Source of the DNA: an uncultured Candidatus Saccharibacteria bacterium
Lineage (GTDB): Bacteria; Patescibacteriota; Doudnabacteria; UBA920
Reading direction: 5' to 3'
Assembly (NCBI GenBank): GCA_964521955.1
Contig: CAZFTX010000001.1
Coordinates: 42,386 to 106,385, forward strand
Length of the DNA: 64,000 nucleotides
The position numbers and the translations under genes are program-made. Below are positions 28,358-37,882 of the stretch, piece by piece. The stretch's first letter is position 1. Every line of letters starts with the position of its first letter. The notes beneath the pieces were generated by a model that was not told the origin of the DNA, did not search any database, and saw only the letters and a program-made list of their open reading frames with translations.

Positions 28358-28783
28358 CTAATTTATAACTTCTACACCCATGCTTCTAGCTGTGCCTGCA
28401 ATAATCTTTTCTGCAGCTTCCAAAGAATGACAGTTTAAATCAGGCATTTTCTTTTCTGCAATTTCTCGTACTTGTTTTGCTGTAATTTTACCCACCTTTG
28501 TAGTAAGTGGGTTAGCAGAACCCTTAGCCAATCCAATTGCTTTCATTATTAAGTTTGCAGCCGGAGGAGTTTTGAGGATAAAAGTAAAAGTCCTGTCCTC
28601 AAAAATGGTCATTTCCACCGGAATAACCATGTCACCCATAGAAGCGGTTCGGTCGTTAAACTCTTTAACAAACTGGGCAATATTAATACCCTGCGGACCC
28701 AAAGCTGTACCTACTGGAGGTGCGGGAGTTGCTTTTGCAGCCGGAAGCTGCAACTTTACCATTGTTTTTACTTTCTTTGCCAT
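28358..28783 (-). CDS. rplK: 50S ribosomal protein L11
   Basis: [27 protein letters not shown]. Confidence 0.98.
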   Translation of the reverse strand: MAKKVKTMVKLQLPAAKATPAPPVGTALGPQGINIAQFVKEFNDRTASMGDMVIPVEMTIFEDRTFTFILKTPPAANLIMKAIGLAKGSANPLTTKVGKITAKQVREIAEKKMPDLNCHSLEAAEKIIAGTARSMGVEVIN

Positions 28784-28938
28784 AATATTTTAGATGGTAG
28801 ATCGCTGCCTTTTTTCAAAGGCTTTTTAGTGCGACCATAGATCACAAGACGAGTCCGTGACCAACCATTCCTTTCTTTAAATTAATACTCCTATATTCTT
28901 TGTGTTATTAGTGTAAAATTCGTAATTTCGTGTCATTA

Positions 28939-29484
28939 TTATATTTTCTTTACCTGCAAAAAGTCCAATTCTACGGGAGTTTCGCGGCCAAAAATTGTAA
29001 CCATTACTTTCACTTTTCCATGAGCTTCGTCTAAACCACCAACCTTACCTTCGTAGTCTTTAAAAGGCCCATCTGTAATTCTTACTAGCTCGCCCATTTC
29101 AAAATCAACTTTAAATTTGGGATCTTCCTGACCCATGCGCTTTTTTAAGTAAGCTAACTCTTCCTCTGAAATTGGAGTAGGAATAGTTCCGCTTCCTACG
29201 AAACCGGTAACATTAGGGGTGTTTCTTACAACATACCAAGAGTCGTCAGTAACAATCATGTCTACAAGCACATAACCGGGAAAGATTTTTTCTTCAAACG
29301 TAGTTCTTTTACCATCTTTAATCTTAATTTTTTTCTCCTTTGGCACAATGGAGTCAAAAATCCTGTCTTGCATATCCATAGACTCAATACGTTGCTTTAA
29401 GTTAAAAGCAACACTATCTTCATATCCACTATAGGTATGTAAAACGTACCAATGTCTTTCTCCGGTAACTTGTTGTCTGCTCAT
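28939..29484 (-). CDS. nusG: transcription termination/antitermination factor NusG
   Basis: WYVLHTYSGYE, FPGYVLV, VRNTPNVTGFVG, KOW motif, IFGRETPVEL. Confidence 0.98.
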   Translation of the reverse strand: MSRQQVTGERHWYVLHTYSGYEDSVAFNLKQRIESMDMQDRIFDSIVPKEKKIKIKDGKRTTFEEKIFPGYVLVDMIVTDDSWYVVRNTPNVTGFVGSGTIPTPISEEELAYLKKRMGQEDPKFKVDFEMGELVRITDGPFKDYEGKVGGLDEAHGKVKVMVTIFGRETPVELDFLQVKKI

Positions 29485-29488
29485 ATAT

Positions 29489-30037
29489 TTAACTTATTAA
29501 ATTAATAGCTGTTAAAATTGCTATCAAAATTATTAAAACTTCCAAATAAAAACTTAAATGTTTACTATAAATTTTTAAAAATAATATCGAATGTTTAAAG
29601 AAGTTCTTTTCCTCTATGGCTAATTTGGAACCCTCGTTTTTAAAAGCATAAAGCTTAGTACTAAATGGCCAAAGCCACATGATTCCGTATTCTATACTAT
29701 CTAAAAAGAGATGGCTCCAAGTTCCTAAGACTAACAGAAGACTAACAAGCTTCCAATACTCATTTGGCGCTAACCAGTAAGCAAAACCCCCTAAAACTAA
29801 CCACGTAACCGGTGCGTGAGTAAAAAACCTTCTATGATGCTGGTCTGACTGCGGAGAAACTAAAAATCCTTTAGTTTTAAAAAAGAACCAAAATTCATCT
29901 AAGTCAGGAATAAAACCAAACAACATACCCCAAGCATACAATTGATATATTTCCGCTAAAGCCAGTTCCGGCTTTAAAACCTTAACACTAACTACAGCTG
30001 TTAAAAAACCAGCGGCTACGTGTCCTGTTGGCAACAT
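29489..30037 (-). CDS. membrane-bound metal-dependent hydrolase (YdjM-like)
   Basis: GH near N-terminus, PDLD, HRRFFTHAP, SHLFLD, GIMWLWPF. Confidence 0.8.
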   Translation of the reverse strand: MLPTGHVAAGFLTAVVSVKVLKPELALAEIYQLYAWGMLFGFIPDLDEFWFFFKTKGFLVSPQSDQHHRRFFTHAPVTWLVLGGFAYWLAPNEYWKLVSLLLVLGTWSHLFLDSIEYGIMWLWPFSTKLYAFKNEGSKLAIEEKNFFKHSILFLKIYSKHLSFYLEVLIILIAILTAINLIS

Positions 30038-30038
30038 T

Positions 30039-30221
30039 TTACTTATTTAAAATTCTCTCAAAAATCTTAAGTAAAGCAAAATCACCTGCACCGAGAATTA
30101 AAGAAACTACAATACTGAAAACAATAACAGTCACGGTATATTTTAAAGTTTCCGCTCTGGTTGGCCAGACAACTTTACCTAACTCATTTTTTACTTCCTT
30201 TAAAAATCCAATTGGGTTCAT
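30039..30221 (-). CDS. secE: preprotein translocase subunit SecE
   Basis: FLKEVKNELGKVVWPTR + one TM; upstream of nusG. Confidence 0.93.
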   Translation of the reverse strand: MNPIGFLKEVKNELGKVVWPTRAETLKYTVTVIVFSIVVSLILGAGDFALLKIFERILNK

Positions 30222-30259
30222 TTTTTGCTAGATACCTTATTACATTATAAAATTTAATC

Positions 30260-30417
30260 ACTTATGTATTGAGTCAAATCCGAGGCAAAATGCGCGGATG
30301 ATTTGAGCCGTAGTTGACCTACGGTGAGAATCAACGCAAGCATTTTAACAAAGGAGTTGACCAAAGCTATTTTTAGAATCGGACTTTGCCCGAGCAAAAA
30401 AATAGCGTTACATAAGT
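30260..30417. repeat. structured non-coding repeat, subfamily A, copy 1
   Basis: Shares cgaggcaaaatg…gagccgtag…ctacggtgagaa…catttt…caaagcta with 48896-49085 and 51588-51779. Confidence 0.9.
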
Positions 30418-30497
30418 TGATTTTTGTCTTTTTTAAAAGGCCTTGCAGGGCCTTTTTATAGAAACATTATACAAAACCTTTCAAAGTCTGTCAAATA

Positions 30498-30893
30498 CTA
30501 CTTAGACCTTGCCAAAGCCACAGCCACTCTTTCAACAACCTGCTTTAAATCCGTGTTTGTTTTAACAAAATACTCGTCAATCTTTAAGGCTTGGGCGCTT
30601 AAAATATCTTTTTCAGACCACAAGTTACTTAAAACTATAACAATAGTTTCTGCAATCGCCTTATCCTCATGCTTACGAATAGTTTTTAATACCTCATAGC
30701 CATCCGCCTCGGGCAAAAGCAAATCCAAAAGAATCAAATTAGGTTTTTTTTCATAAACCAATTCAATTGCTTTTTTCCCGTCTTCAGCCTTTAAAACTTC
30801 ATAATTTTGATTGCTAAGTTTGTCAAAAAGTATATTTAACAGGGAGATATCATCCTCCACAATCAAAACCTTTTTTTGTGTATTTTTTTCCAT
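30498..30893 (-). CDS. single-domain response regulator
   Basis: VLIVEDD, LILLDLLLP, VLSN, YFVK. Confidence 0.9.
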   Translation of the reverse strand: MEKNTQKKVLIVEDDISLLNILFDKLSNQNYEVLKAEDGKKAIELVYEKKPNLILLDLLLPEADGYEVLKTIRKHEDKAIAETIVIVLSNLWSEKDILSAQALKIDEYFVKTNTDLKQVVERVAVALARSK

Positions 30894-30923
30894 ACGCTCT
30901 ATTTTAAATTTAGCTTAATTATA

Positions 30924-31859
30924 TTATACCACATAAATAGTTGGGTTGCATATTGACTCAGAACCAACTTTAAAGTCAACTGTTAATTCACTCTGTGACT
31001 TTAGGCTGCTACCTGCTGGTAATTTAATATAAATTTTATAAAAACCCGGGTTTAACCTTAAAAAAAACTTTCCGTCAGAACGGGTAACAGTCTTAGCTAA
31101 GACCAAATTAGGCAAACTTGGACTCTTAAGTTCCAACAAAGCTCCTGCAATTGGTTTAAAACTGCCACCCTCTCTCAACCTACCCCAAAGTCTGGGTTGC
31201 CTAACAATTTTTTCTAGTAGATACAGACTAAAAGAAACTAAAAATATCAAAAGAATAAATAAAGTTACCCTGTTAAAAGTAAGTTTGTTTAAATAAGAAA
31301 TTAAAATCCAAACGAAAGAAAATAAAAAAACAAACCAAAAAATTACAGAGACAAATTGTAAAATAAAATTTTTGAAGTAGGGATATTTTTTTATATAAGA
31401 ATCTTTTGCAGTCTGATTCCAATCAAACTTAATTGGATCCATAGGAATATTTGGTGCAACAACTTCTGAATTGTCGACCAAATTAAAAAGTTCACCCCTA
31501 TATAGATCTTCATAAAAACCGTCACTCGGAGAACTTGAAAGTTGAGAAGGAAACCTATAGTGAGTTTTCTGCGCTAAAATTTTGTAAGTGCCAGGCTCTA
31601 CCAAAAATCCATATCTCCCGGAAATATCAGTAATACAATTTTGCACCTCTTTCAAACCATCAGCCGAAACTAGCTTTACCATAACCGGATCAAGTGGTTT
31701 TTTTTCAACACTATCATAGACAATCCCCCAAAACTTTCTTGGTTTGCGCAATCCTAAAAAAACAAAAATTAAATTAAGAAATTTCTGAAAAAATAAAATC
31801 ACCTGAATGAATACAGGCAAATATGCTTTTTTTACAACTTTACTTTCAATACTATTCAT
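30924..31859 (-). CDS. membrane protein with carboxypeptidase-regulatory-like beta domains; paralog of the giant protein C-terminus
   Basis: WGIVYDSVEKKPLDPV…TDISGRYGF…PNIPMDPIKFDWNQ…RLWG matches the end of 17140-25749. Confidence 0.8.
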   Translation of the reverse strand: MNSIESKVVKKAYLPVFIQVILFFQKFLNLIFVFLGLRKPRKFWGIVYDSVEKKPLDPVMVKLVSADGLKEVQNCITDISGRYGFLVEPGTYKILAQKTHYRFPSQLSSSPSDGFYEDLYRGELFNLVDNSEVVAPNIPMDPIKFDWNQTAKDSYIKKYPYFKNFILQFVSVIFWFVFLFSFVWILISYLNKLTFNRVTLFILLIFLVSFSLYLLEKIVRQPRLWGRLREGGSFKPIAGALLELKSPSLPNLVLAKTVTRSDGKFFLRLNPGFYKIYIKLPAGSSLKSQSELTVDFKVGSESICNPTIYVV

Positions 31860-31868
31860 TACCCACAA

Positions 31869-32693
31869 TTATTTAGAGACTGCGACACTTAAGATATTTT
31901 TTAAAAGAAATGCCACCGTAATAGGACCAACCCCTCCAGGAACAGCTGAAAGAAACTTTGCTTTTTCTAAAACCTCCTCAACTTCTACATCTCCATAAAT
32001 ACTCCCATCTATTTCTGAAGCCCCCGCATCAATAACCACTGCACCTGGTTTAATCATAGCACCATTTATTAAACGAGGTTGACCGGTTGCTGTAATAACA
32101 ATATCCGCTTGCTTAATAATCTCCTCTTTATGGCTACTTTGTTTAGTCAAAGTATTTATTTGTAAACCTCGTTTTTTTAAAAGAAAAGCTAAAGGCTTGC
32201 CTACCAAAACTCCCTGGCCTATAACTAAAAAGTTCAACAACTTTAAATCTAAAGACAAAGTTTCAAGAATATGTAGAATTGCTGCTGCTGTTGGCGGAAC
32301 AAATCTTGAATAACCACTGTAAAAAAGACTGGAATTTTCTGTACCCATACAATCTACGTCCAACTTAGGATCAACAGCATCTAAAACAGCTTGCTGATTA
32401 AAAGTTGCAGGTAAGGGCAGCTGAACAATTAAACCACAAATGTTTTTTTTCTGGTTAGTTTCTTTAATTTTGGAGATTAGTTCATTTTCGTCAATATTTT
32501 CTGGCAAGCTAATATGTTGAAATTCAAAACCGTTTCTTTTTGCTACTCGTCCTTTTATTTTTATATACGAAAGCGAAACAGGATCACTCCCAACTGAAAT
32601 ATCGCAAAAAAGAGGTTGAAAACTTAAAGCTTCAACTTCTTTTTTTACATCTTTTAGTATTTCTTCAGCAATCTCTTTTCCGTTTATTAGCAT
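31869..32693 (-). CDS. folD: methylenetetrahydrofolate dehydrogenase/cyclohydrolase
   Basis: GLIVQLPLP, DVDC, LVGKPLA, VVIDAG, PGGVGPITVAFL. Confidence 0.95.
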   Translation of the reverse strand: MLINGKEIAEEILKDVKKEVEALSFQPLFCDISVGSDPVSLSYIKIKGRVAKRNGFEFQHISLPENIDENELISKIKETNQKKNICGLIVQLPLPATFNQQAVLDAVDPKLDVDCMGTENSSLFYSGYSRFVPPTAAAILHILETLSLDLKLLNFLVIGQGVLVGKPLAFLLKKRGLQINTLTKQSSHKEEIIKQADIVITATGQPRLINGAMIKPGAVVIDAGASEIDGSIYGDVEVEEVLEKAKFLSAVPGGVGPITVAFLLKNILSVAVSK

Positions 32694-32760
32694 ACAACAA
32701 TTATACCCCATTCAAAAAAGACTGAATAGTACTTTAATTCTCAACGCGCGATAAAATTTA

Positions 32761-32917
32761 GGCATGGGTTCAAATCCTAGGCAAAATGTGCGCCTGCCTG
32801 CCGGCAAGGCAGGGCTGATTCGATAAATAAATAGCATCCTGAGGATCGGGCTTTGCCCGGCCGAAGGATACAATATGCAGGGGGAGGTATTGGAAGGGGG
32901 CGGTACGCCCCCTCCAA
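32761..32917. repeat. composite structured repeat joining subfamilies A and B
   Basis: 5' part caaatcctaggcaaaatgtgcg[21-nt palindrome]gctgattcga resembles A; 3' part atcctgagg…cgggctttgcccggccgaaggatac…ttggaaggggg…cctccaa resembles B. Confidence 0.7.
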
Positions 32918-32918
32918 A

Positions 32919-34859
32919 CTAATTATTTTCATACCACCACTTTAGTGCCTCCCTAACAACCGGCACTGCTGCTGCGTGTCCTTCCCCACCTGCTTCCACT
33001 AAAACAGTGATAACAATCTCCGGGTCATCAAAAGGAGCGTAAGCGGTAAACCAAGCGTGAGTACGACTCGGGTCTGAACCGTCAAACTGAGAAGTTCCCG
33101 TTTTTCCTGCTGAGACAAAAGGTAAATCTAAAAGTTTTACACCTGAACCATATTCCACTGTCTGCCTCATCCCTTCTTGCACCATACGCAAGTTTTCATC
33201 ACTTGCAAATTTTTCCACAATTACTTCGGGGTTACTTTTGAAAACCACCTTTCCCTGCTCGTCTAAAATTTCTGACAATATTTTAGGTTTGTAACCGACA
33301 CCGTCATTTGCAATAATCGCTGTCCACATTGTAACCTGCAAAGGCGTAGTTAGCATATCACCCTGACCAATCCCTACATGATAAGTATCCCCTAAATACC
33401 ATTTACTTAAAATAGGGTTATTTTTAAAGTATTCAGACTTCCACTTTGGATCTGCTACTACTCCGGGTTTTTCGCCCCGCATGTCTATGCCGGTAAGTTT
33501 GTCTAAATTAAATTTTCTATAATACTCAGCTAATTTTTCCGCTCCTAGACCCTGTATTGGGGAACTAGGATGACCTCCTGCGAGAATATAAAAATAGATA
33601 TCACTACTTTTAGCAATTGCAGAGTAAACATTAACGGGACCAAGTCCATCCCTTTTCCAACTTACAAAATTATAAGCAATACTTGGGTCAAACTGGTTCG
33701 GTATAACCAAAACCCCTCTGTCCACAACCACAGTGTTTTCAGTAACGGTTTTTTCTTCCAAAGCAGCAAGTGCTACCATAGGTTTAACCGTTGACCCGGG
33801 CGGATAAGTTCCTGCAATACTTCGGTTGAACAATGGCAAAGTCTTGTCATTTAAAAGCTCTTGATATTCATGAGTTTTAATTCCATGAGCGAAAAGATTA
33901 TTATTAAATCCAGGTAAACTTAGCAAAGCCAGCACTTCCCCATTTTTTGGATTCATTGCTACAGCAACTGCCTTGGTTTTAGGATTATTTTTTGTAAGAT
34001 CAGCAAACAACTTTTTCTGCAAACCGGCGTCAATATTCAATTTAGCGGTCATTCCTGGAACTGGTTTTTTCTCACCCAATACACTTAGAAGCCTGCCGGA
34101 AGCATCCACCTCAATTAAATTTTCCCCATTTATACCATGTAAATAATTTTCATACTGCCTTTCTATGCCAGTCTTACCGGTAAAGTCAATACTACCATAC
34201 TTAGCTTTGTCTAAGACTAAAGCTTCTTCAGAGTTTAAAAACCCGGTATAACCGACAGTATGAGAAAAAACTAAGGGGTTTAAGTAATCTCTCACCGGAA
34301 TTTTTTGAATAGAAAATCCCGGAAACTCTGCGGCTTTAGTTTCAAAAAGTATACTCTCTTCTGAGCTTAAATCTTGTTTAATAATTAGAGGTTCTAAAGA
34401 CCGACTCCCAGCTTTTTCCAATTTTGCACTTGCCTCGTTCCGATCAAAAGCAAACAACGCTGAGAGCTTGTCTAGTTCTTCGTTTAAAGTTTCTTTCGGT
34501 AAGTCAAAAGGCACAACAACTAAGTTAAAACTAGCCGTATTTTGAACTAAAACCTCACCTTTTCTATCCTGGATTAACCCTCTAGGAGCTAAAATGACTT
34601 GTCTTCTTAAACGATTTTCTTCTGACATCAAACTAAAATTTTGCCCTCTTACAATTTGTAAGGTAAAAACTCTCGCTACCAAAACAAAAAAACCCGCAAA
34701 TAAAATTACAGATAAAAAAGTCAGTTTCGGCTTTAATCGGTCAGAATCAAAAACCCCCTCTTTCACAGATGCCTGAAAGTCAGCGGCAGATTCCTCCCAT
34801 TCCAAGCCCTTTGACTGGGAAGAAGAGTAGGAAGTTGTAACTTCAAAAGGATCTTTCAT
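32919..34859 (-). CDS. mrdA: penicillin-binding protein 2
   Basis: APRGLIQDR, PGSTVK (SxxK), GIGQG, AGKTGTSQ (KTG), HAWF; follows mreBCD. Confidence 0.93.
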   Translation of the reverse strand: MKDPFEVTTSYSSSQSKGLEWEESAADFQASVKEGVFDSDRLKPKLTFLSVILFAGFFVLVARVFTLQIVRGQNFSLMSEENRLRRQVILAPRGLIQDRKGEVLVQNTASFNLVVVPFDLPKETLNEELDKLSALFAFDRNEASAKLEKAGSRSLEPLIIKQDLSSEESILFETKAAEFPGFSIQKIPVRDYLNPLVFSHTVGYTGFLNSEEALVLDKAKYGSIDFTGKTGIERQYENYLHGINGENLIEVDASGRLLSVLGEKKPVPGMTAKLNIDAGLQKKLFADLTKNNPKTKAVAVAMNPKNGEVLALLSLPGFNNNLFAHGIKTHEYQELLNDKTLPLFNRSIAGTYPPGSTVKPMVALAALEEKTVTENTVVVDRGVLVIPNQFDPSIAYNFVSWKRDGLGPVNVYSAIAKSSDIYFYILAGGHPSSPIQGLGAEKLAEYYRKFNLDKLTGIDMRGEKPGVVADPKWKSEYFKNNPILSKWYLGDTYHVGIGQGDMLTTPLQVTMWTAIIANDGVGYKPKILSEILDEQGKVVFKSNPEVIVEKFASDENLRMVQEGMRQTVEYGSGVKLLDLPFVSAGKTGTSQFDGSDPSRTHAWFTAYAPFDDPEIVITVLVEAGGEGHAAAVPVVREALKWWYENN

Positions 34860-34869
34860 AAACAAGAGT

Positions 34870-34989
34870 TTGGAGGGAACAACCTATAGGTTTTTCCCTT
34901 CCAACGTCCCGCCTCTGGCGGGACTGCTTCCCTTTTCCATAGCGTGTCCTTTCGGTCAGGCAAAGCCTGAACCTCCAGGACAAGCTATA
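34870..34989. repeat. structured repeat, subfamily B (inverted relative to 36545-36667)
   Basis: 34870-34906 is 35/37 identical to the reverse complement of 36631-36667. Confidence 0.85.
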
Positions 34990-35017
34990 ATTAGAATTTA
35001 TTAATTACCAATAAATA

Positions 35018-35548
35018 TTAGAACTTTTTTGTAGACAAATATTTTAAATTTACGTACTTTAAATATTCTACCAATTTATAAATTAAATACGAAACAAATA
35101 AACTGTAAAAGGCTTCAATTATAATCTGAATAAAATTTCCCCGTATGCTTAAGGTAAAATCTTCTAAATTCACAAAAACCAAGAAATTAGAATAAATCCA
35201 AAAAAGTAAATAAAACAAAGCAATACTTCCTAAAATAAAAGGTGCCCATGACTTCAAACTTAAACCTATGGAAAAAAAATAATTACTTAAAATATGAAAC
35301 CCAACACTCAAGAATAAAAAACTAAACATGTAACCCCCAAACAAACTACCATAATATGAATCTAAAAATAAACCGGAAACAAACGCAACAAATAAAAAAC
35401 TGTAATCTTTGTCTTTAAAAATTGCCAAAACCAAGACAAAAAGTAAAAGCAGATTTGGAAACGCCCCATATATTGAAAAAAGCGGCTGCAGTATCACTGT
35501 TAAAATAAATAAAACAAAAATTGTAAATAGGTAAAGCAGGTATTTCAT
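35018..35548 (-). CDS. mreD: rod shape-determining protein MreD
   Basis: PNLLLL, AFVSGLFLD; hydrophobic; between mreC and mrdA. Confidence 0.85.
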   Translation of the reverse strand: MKYLLYLFTIFVLFILTVILQPLFSIYGAFPNLLLLFVLVLAIFKDKDYSFLFVAFVSGLFLDSYYGSLFGGYMFSFLFLSVGFHILSNYFFSIGLSLKSWAPFILGSIALFYLLFWIYSNFLVFVNLEDFTLSIRGNFIQIIIEAFYSLFVSYLIYKLVEYLKYVNLKYLSTKKF

Positions 35549-35624
35549 ATTCAAATTATGTTTATAATCCTAATTATCCGAATATTATATTTGGGGCATT
35601 AGGATAGAATTCGGATCATTCGGA

Positions 35625-36425
35625 TTATGGTTTTACTACGAAGACAAAGTTAAGATTGTGAAAATCTATCGGACTAATAATAATTGCCTTTTTAAAAAGC
35701 TCATTACTACTTGAAACCAAATCCCCGATTTCTCCGACTAAAATATTTTTTGGAATTTTCTCACTTATTCCAGCAGTAATCACCAATGACCCTTTTTCAA
35801 TTTTGTCGTTTTGCGGGAGCTGATCAATAACCAAACCCGAACCAAAAGAACCCTTTACTAAACCTTGAGAATTTCCGGTTAAAATTTTTCCATCAGTTAA
35901 AAAATTAGACCCTGTAGCAAGCAAAACCGTACTTAAATTTTTACCTGCGCGAATAACTTTACCAATCAAATAACCTTGCGAAATAACACCCATACCTTCA
36001 CTAATTCCCGCCTCTTCCCCACAATTAATATACACTGAATCGCTCAATCCTATAACCGTTTCAGAAAGTGCTACGCAAGGTATCAACTTTAAATTTGAAG
36101 ACTTTACAAATTGCAACTCTTTTCTTAATGCCTCGTTTTCTTTTTTTTCTTGCTCATACAAAACCAACTCTTGTCTAAGTTGCCCTACTTCTAAAACTAA
36201 TTCAGTATTTTCGTTTGCAATTTGTCTTAAATGATAAAGACTGTAAAAAAATTCTTTCACCGGATAACCCACAGTCTTTGCTATGGAAATAAACGGTCTT
36301 GGGGCATACAGAAAAACTTTTTGAATACTTTCAAGTTTGCCAATTGAATTTAAAAATACAAAAACAAAAACAAGAAATAAAAAAGCAAAGAAAATTGCAA
36401 AAAGTCTGGTGTAAATAAATCGCAT
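35625..36425 (-). CDS. mreC: rod shape-determining protein MreC
   Basis: TM + coiled coil (ENEALRKEL), GYLIGKV, VITAG, PKNILVG. Confidence 0.92.
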   Translation of the reverse strand: MRFIYTRLFAIFFAFLFLVFVFVFLNSIGKLESIQKVFLYAPRPFISIAKTVGYPVKEFFYSLYHLRQIANENTELVLEVGQLRQELVLYEQEKKENEALRKELQFVKSSNLKLIPCVALSETVIGLSDSVYINCGEEAGISEGMGVISQGYLIGKVIRAGKNLSTVLLATGSNFLTDGKILTGNSQGLVKGSFGSGLVIDQLPQNDKIEKGSLVITAGISEKIPKNILVGEIGDLVSSSNELFKKAIIISPIDFHNLNFVFVVKP

Positions 36426-36544
36426 AAGAAAATGACAAAAATAAATAAAAATTAAGAAAATGACAAAAATAATTTACATCAAATTTTTAACTTTCGCCTA
36501 TGAATGTTTATTGGTTTGACCAAATCCTAATACTGTTAAACTCA

Positions 36545-36667
36545 ATAGAAGTCCGAAAGGTCAGGATTCCCCTGCCTGTAGGACTACATTATGGAAAAGG
36601 GAGGCAGCGATGCCGACGAAGTCGGCAGAGCGTTGGAAGGGAAAAACCTATAGGTTTTTCACTCCAA
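36545..36667. repeat. structured repeat, subfamily B
   Basis: Terminal hairpin ttggaagggaaaaacctataggtttttcactccaa 6 nt from the mreB stop; homologous to 34870-34989. Confidence 0.85.
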
Positions 36668-36673
36668 GATGTT

Positions 36674-37729
36674 TTACTTCGGAATCATTCCAAAATCAGC
36701 AGGGACTAAAACATCCTTCAAAGTTTCCAAATCCTCAACTACAACACCTGTGCCTCTAACCACACAAGTAAGCGGATCTTCCGCAATAGTGATTGGCATA
36801 GCGGTGGCCTCTCCAACTAGTTTGTCTAAATCTCTTAAGAGCGCCCCGCCCCCGGCTAGTATTATTCCTCGGTTCATAATGTCAGAAATTATTTCCGGCG
36901 GAATCTCTTCTACAACACTTTTAATACTATTAACAATTGACTTTAAACTATGCATTAAAGCTTCCCTAGCTTGAGTATCTGAAATTGTTACTTCTTTAGG
37001 TAATCCAGTAACCAAATCCCTTCCGCGCATTTGGGTATACATTGCCTGTTCTTGGGGATAAGCACTCCCTACTCTAATTTTAACGTCTTCAGCAGTTCTC
37101 TCTCCCAAAAGTAAATTAAAATGCTCCCTTGCATACTGCATAATATTTTGATTCATTTCATCCCCGGCAATACGTAAAGACTTGGAAACCACTATTCCAC
37201 CCAAAGAAATAACTGCTATTTCCGTTGTTCCTCCACCAATATCAACTATCATAGAACCAGTTGCGTCTTGAACCGGCAACCTACTACCAATAGCTGCAGC
37301 CATAGGTTCTTCTATTAAAAACGCGGCTGATGCTCCTGCGTTTATAGCAGCATCTACCACAGCTCTTTTTTCTACTTCCGTTACACCGGAAGGTATTCCA
37401 ATAACCACCCTGGGTCTGCGTAAAAAAGCGTAAGTCTGACTATGGACTTTGTCTATAAAATACCTCAGCATGGCTTCTGTCACTTCAAAATCCGAAATCA
37501 CCCCGTCAACCAAAGGACGAGTCGCTACTATATAAGGAGGAGTACGACCAACCATTTTTCTGGCATCGTTACCAATTGCCAAAATTTGTTTAGTCCTTTG
37601 ATTAATAGCCACAACACTAGGCTCGTTAATCACAATCCCTTTGCCTTTTACATACACAAGAGTATTAGCAGTACCAAGGTCAATGCCAATGTCTTTTGAA
37701 AAATGTTGGTAGAGTCTATCAAAAATCAT
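36674..37729 (-). CDS. mreB: rod shape-determining protein MreB
   Basis: IGIDLGTANT, EPSVVA, EEPMAAAIG, VDIGGGTT, GGGALL. Confidence 0.98.
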   Translation of the reverse strand: MIFDRLYQHFSKDIGIDLGTANTLVYVKGKGIVINEPSVVAINQRTKQILAIGNDARKMVGRTPPYIVATRPLVDGVISDFEVTEAMLRYFIDKVHSQTYAFLRRPRVVIGIPSGVTEVEKRAVVDAAINAGASAAFLIEEPMAAAIGSRLPVQDATGSMIVDIGGGTTEIAVISLGGIVVSKSLRIAGDEMNQNIMQYAREHFNLLLGERTAEDVKIRVGSAYPQEQAMYTQMRGRDLVTGLPKEVTISDTQAREALMHSLKSIVNSIKSVVEEIPPEIISDIMNRGIILAGGGALLRDLDKLVGEATAMPITIAEDPLTCVVRGTGVVVEDLETLKDVLVPADFGMIPK

Positions 37730-37738
37730 TTGTGTTTT

Positions 37739-37774
37739 ACCCAGCACCACTTTTTTAAAAAAGTGGTGCTGGGT
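37739..37774. repeat. perfect 36-bp palindrome upstream of mreB
   Basis: acccagcaccactttttt|aaaaaagtggtgctgggt. Confidence 0.9.
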
Positions 37775-37882
37775 TTATCTTTCTTTTCATTTAGCTAAAA
37801 TTAAAAATATCCAAAAAACCAGATTTTGAATATTTTTAATGGGTTTTATTTTAAACCGAAAATTTTGTCGGGAAAATTTTAA

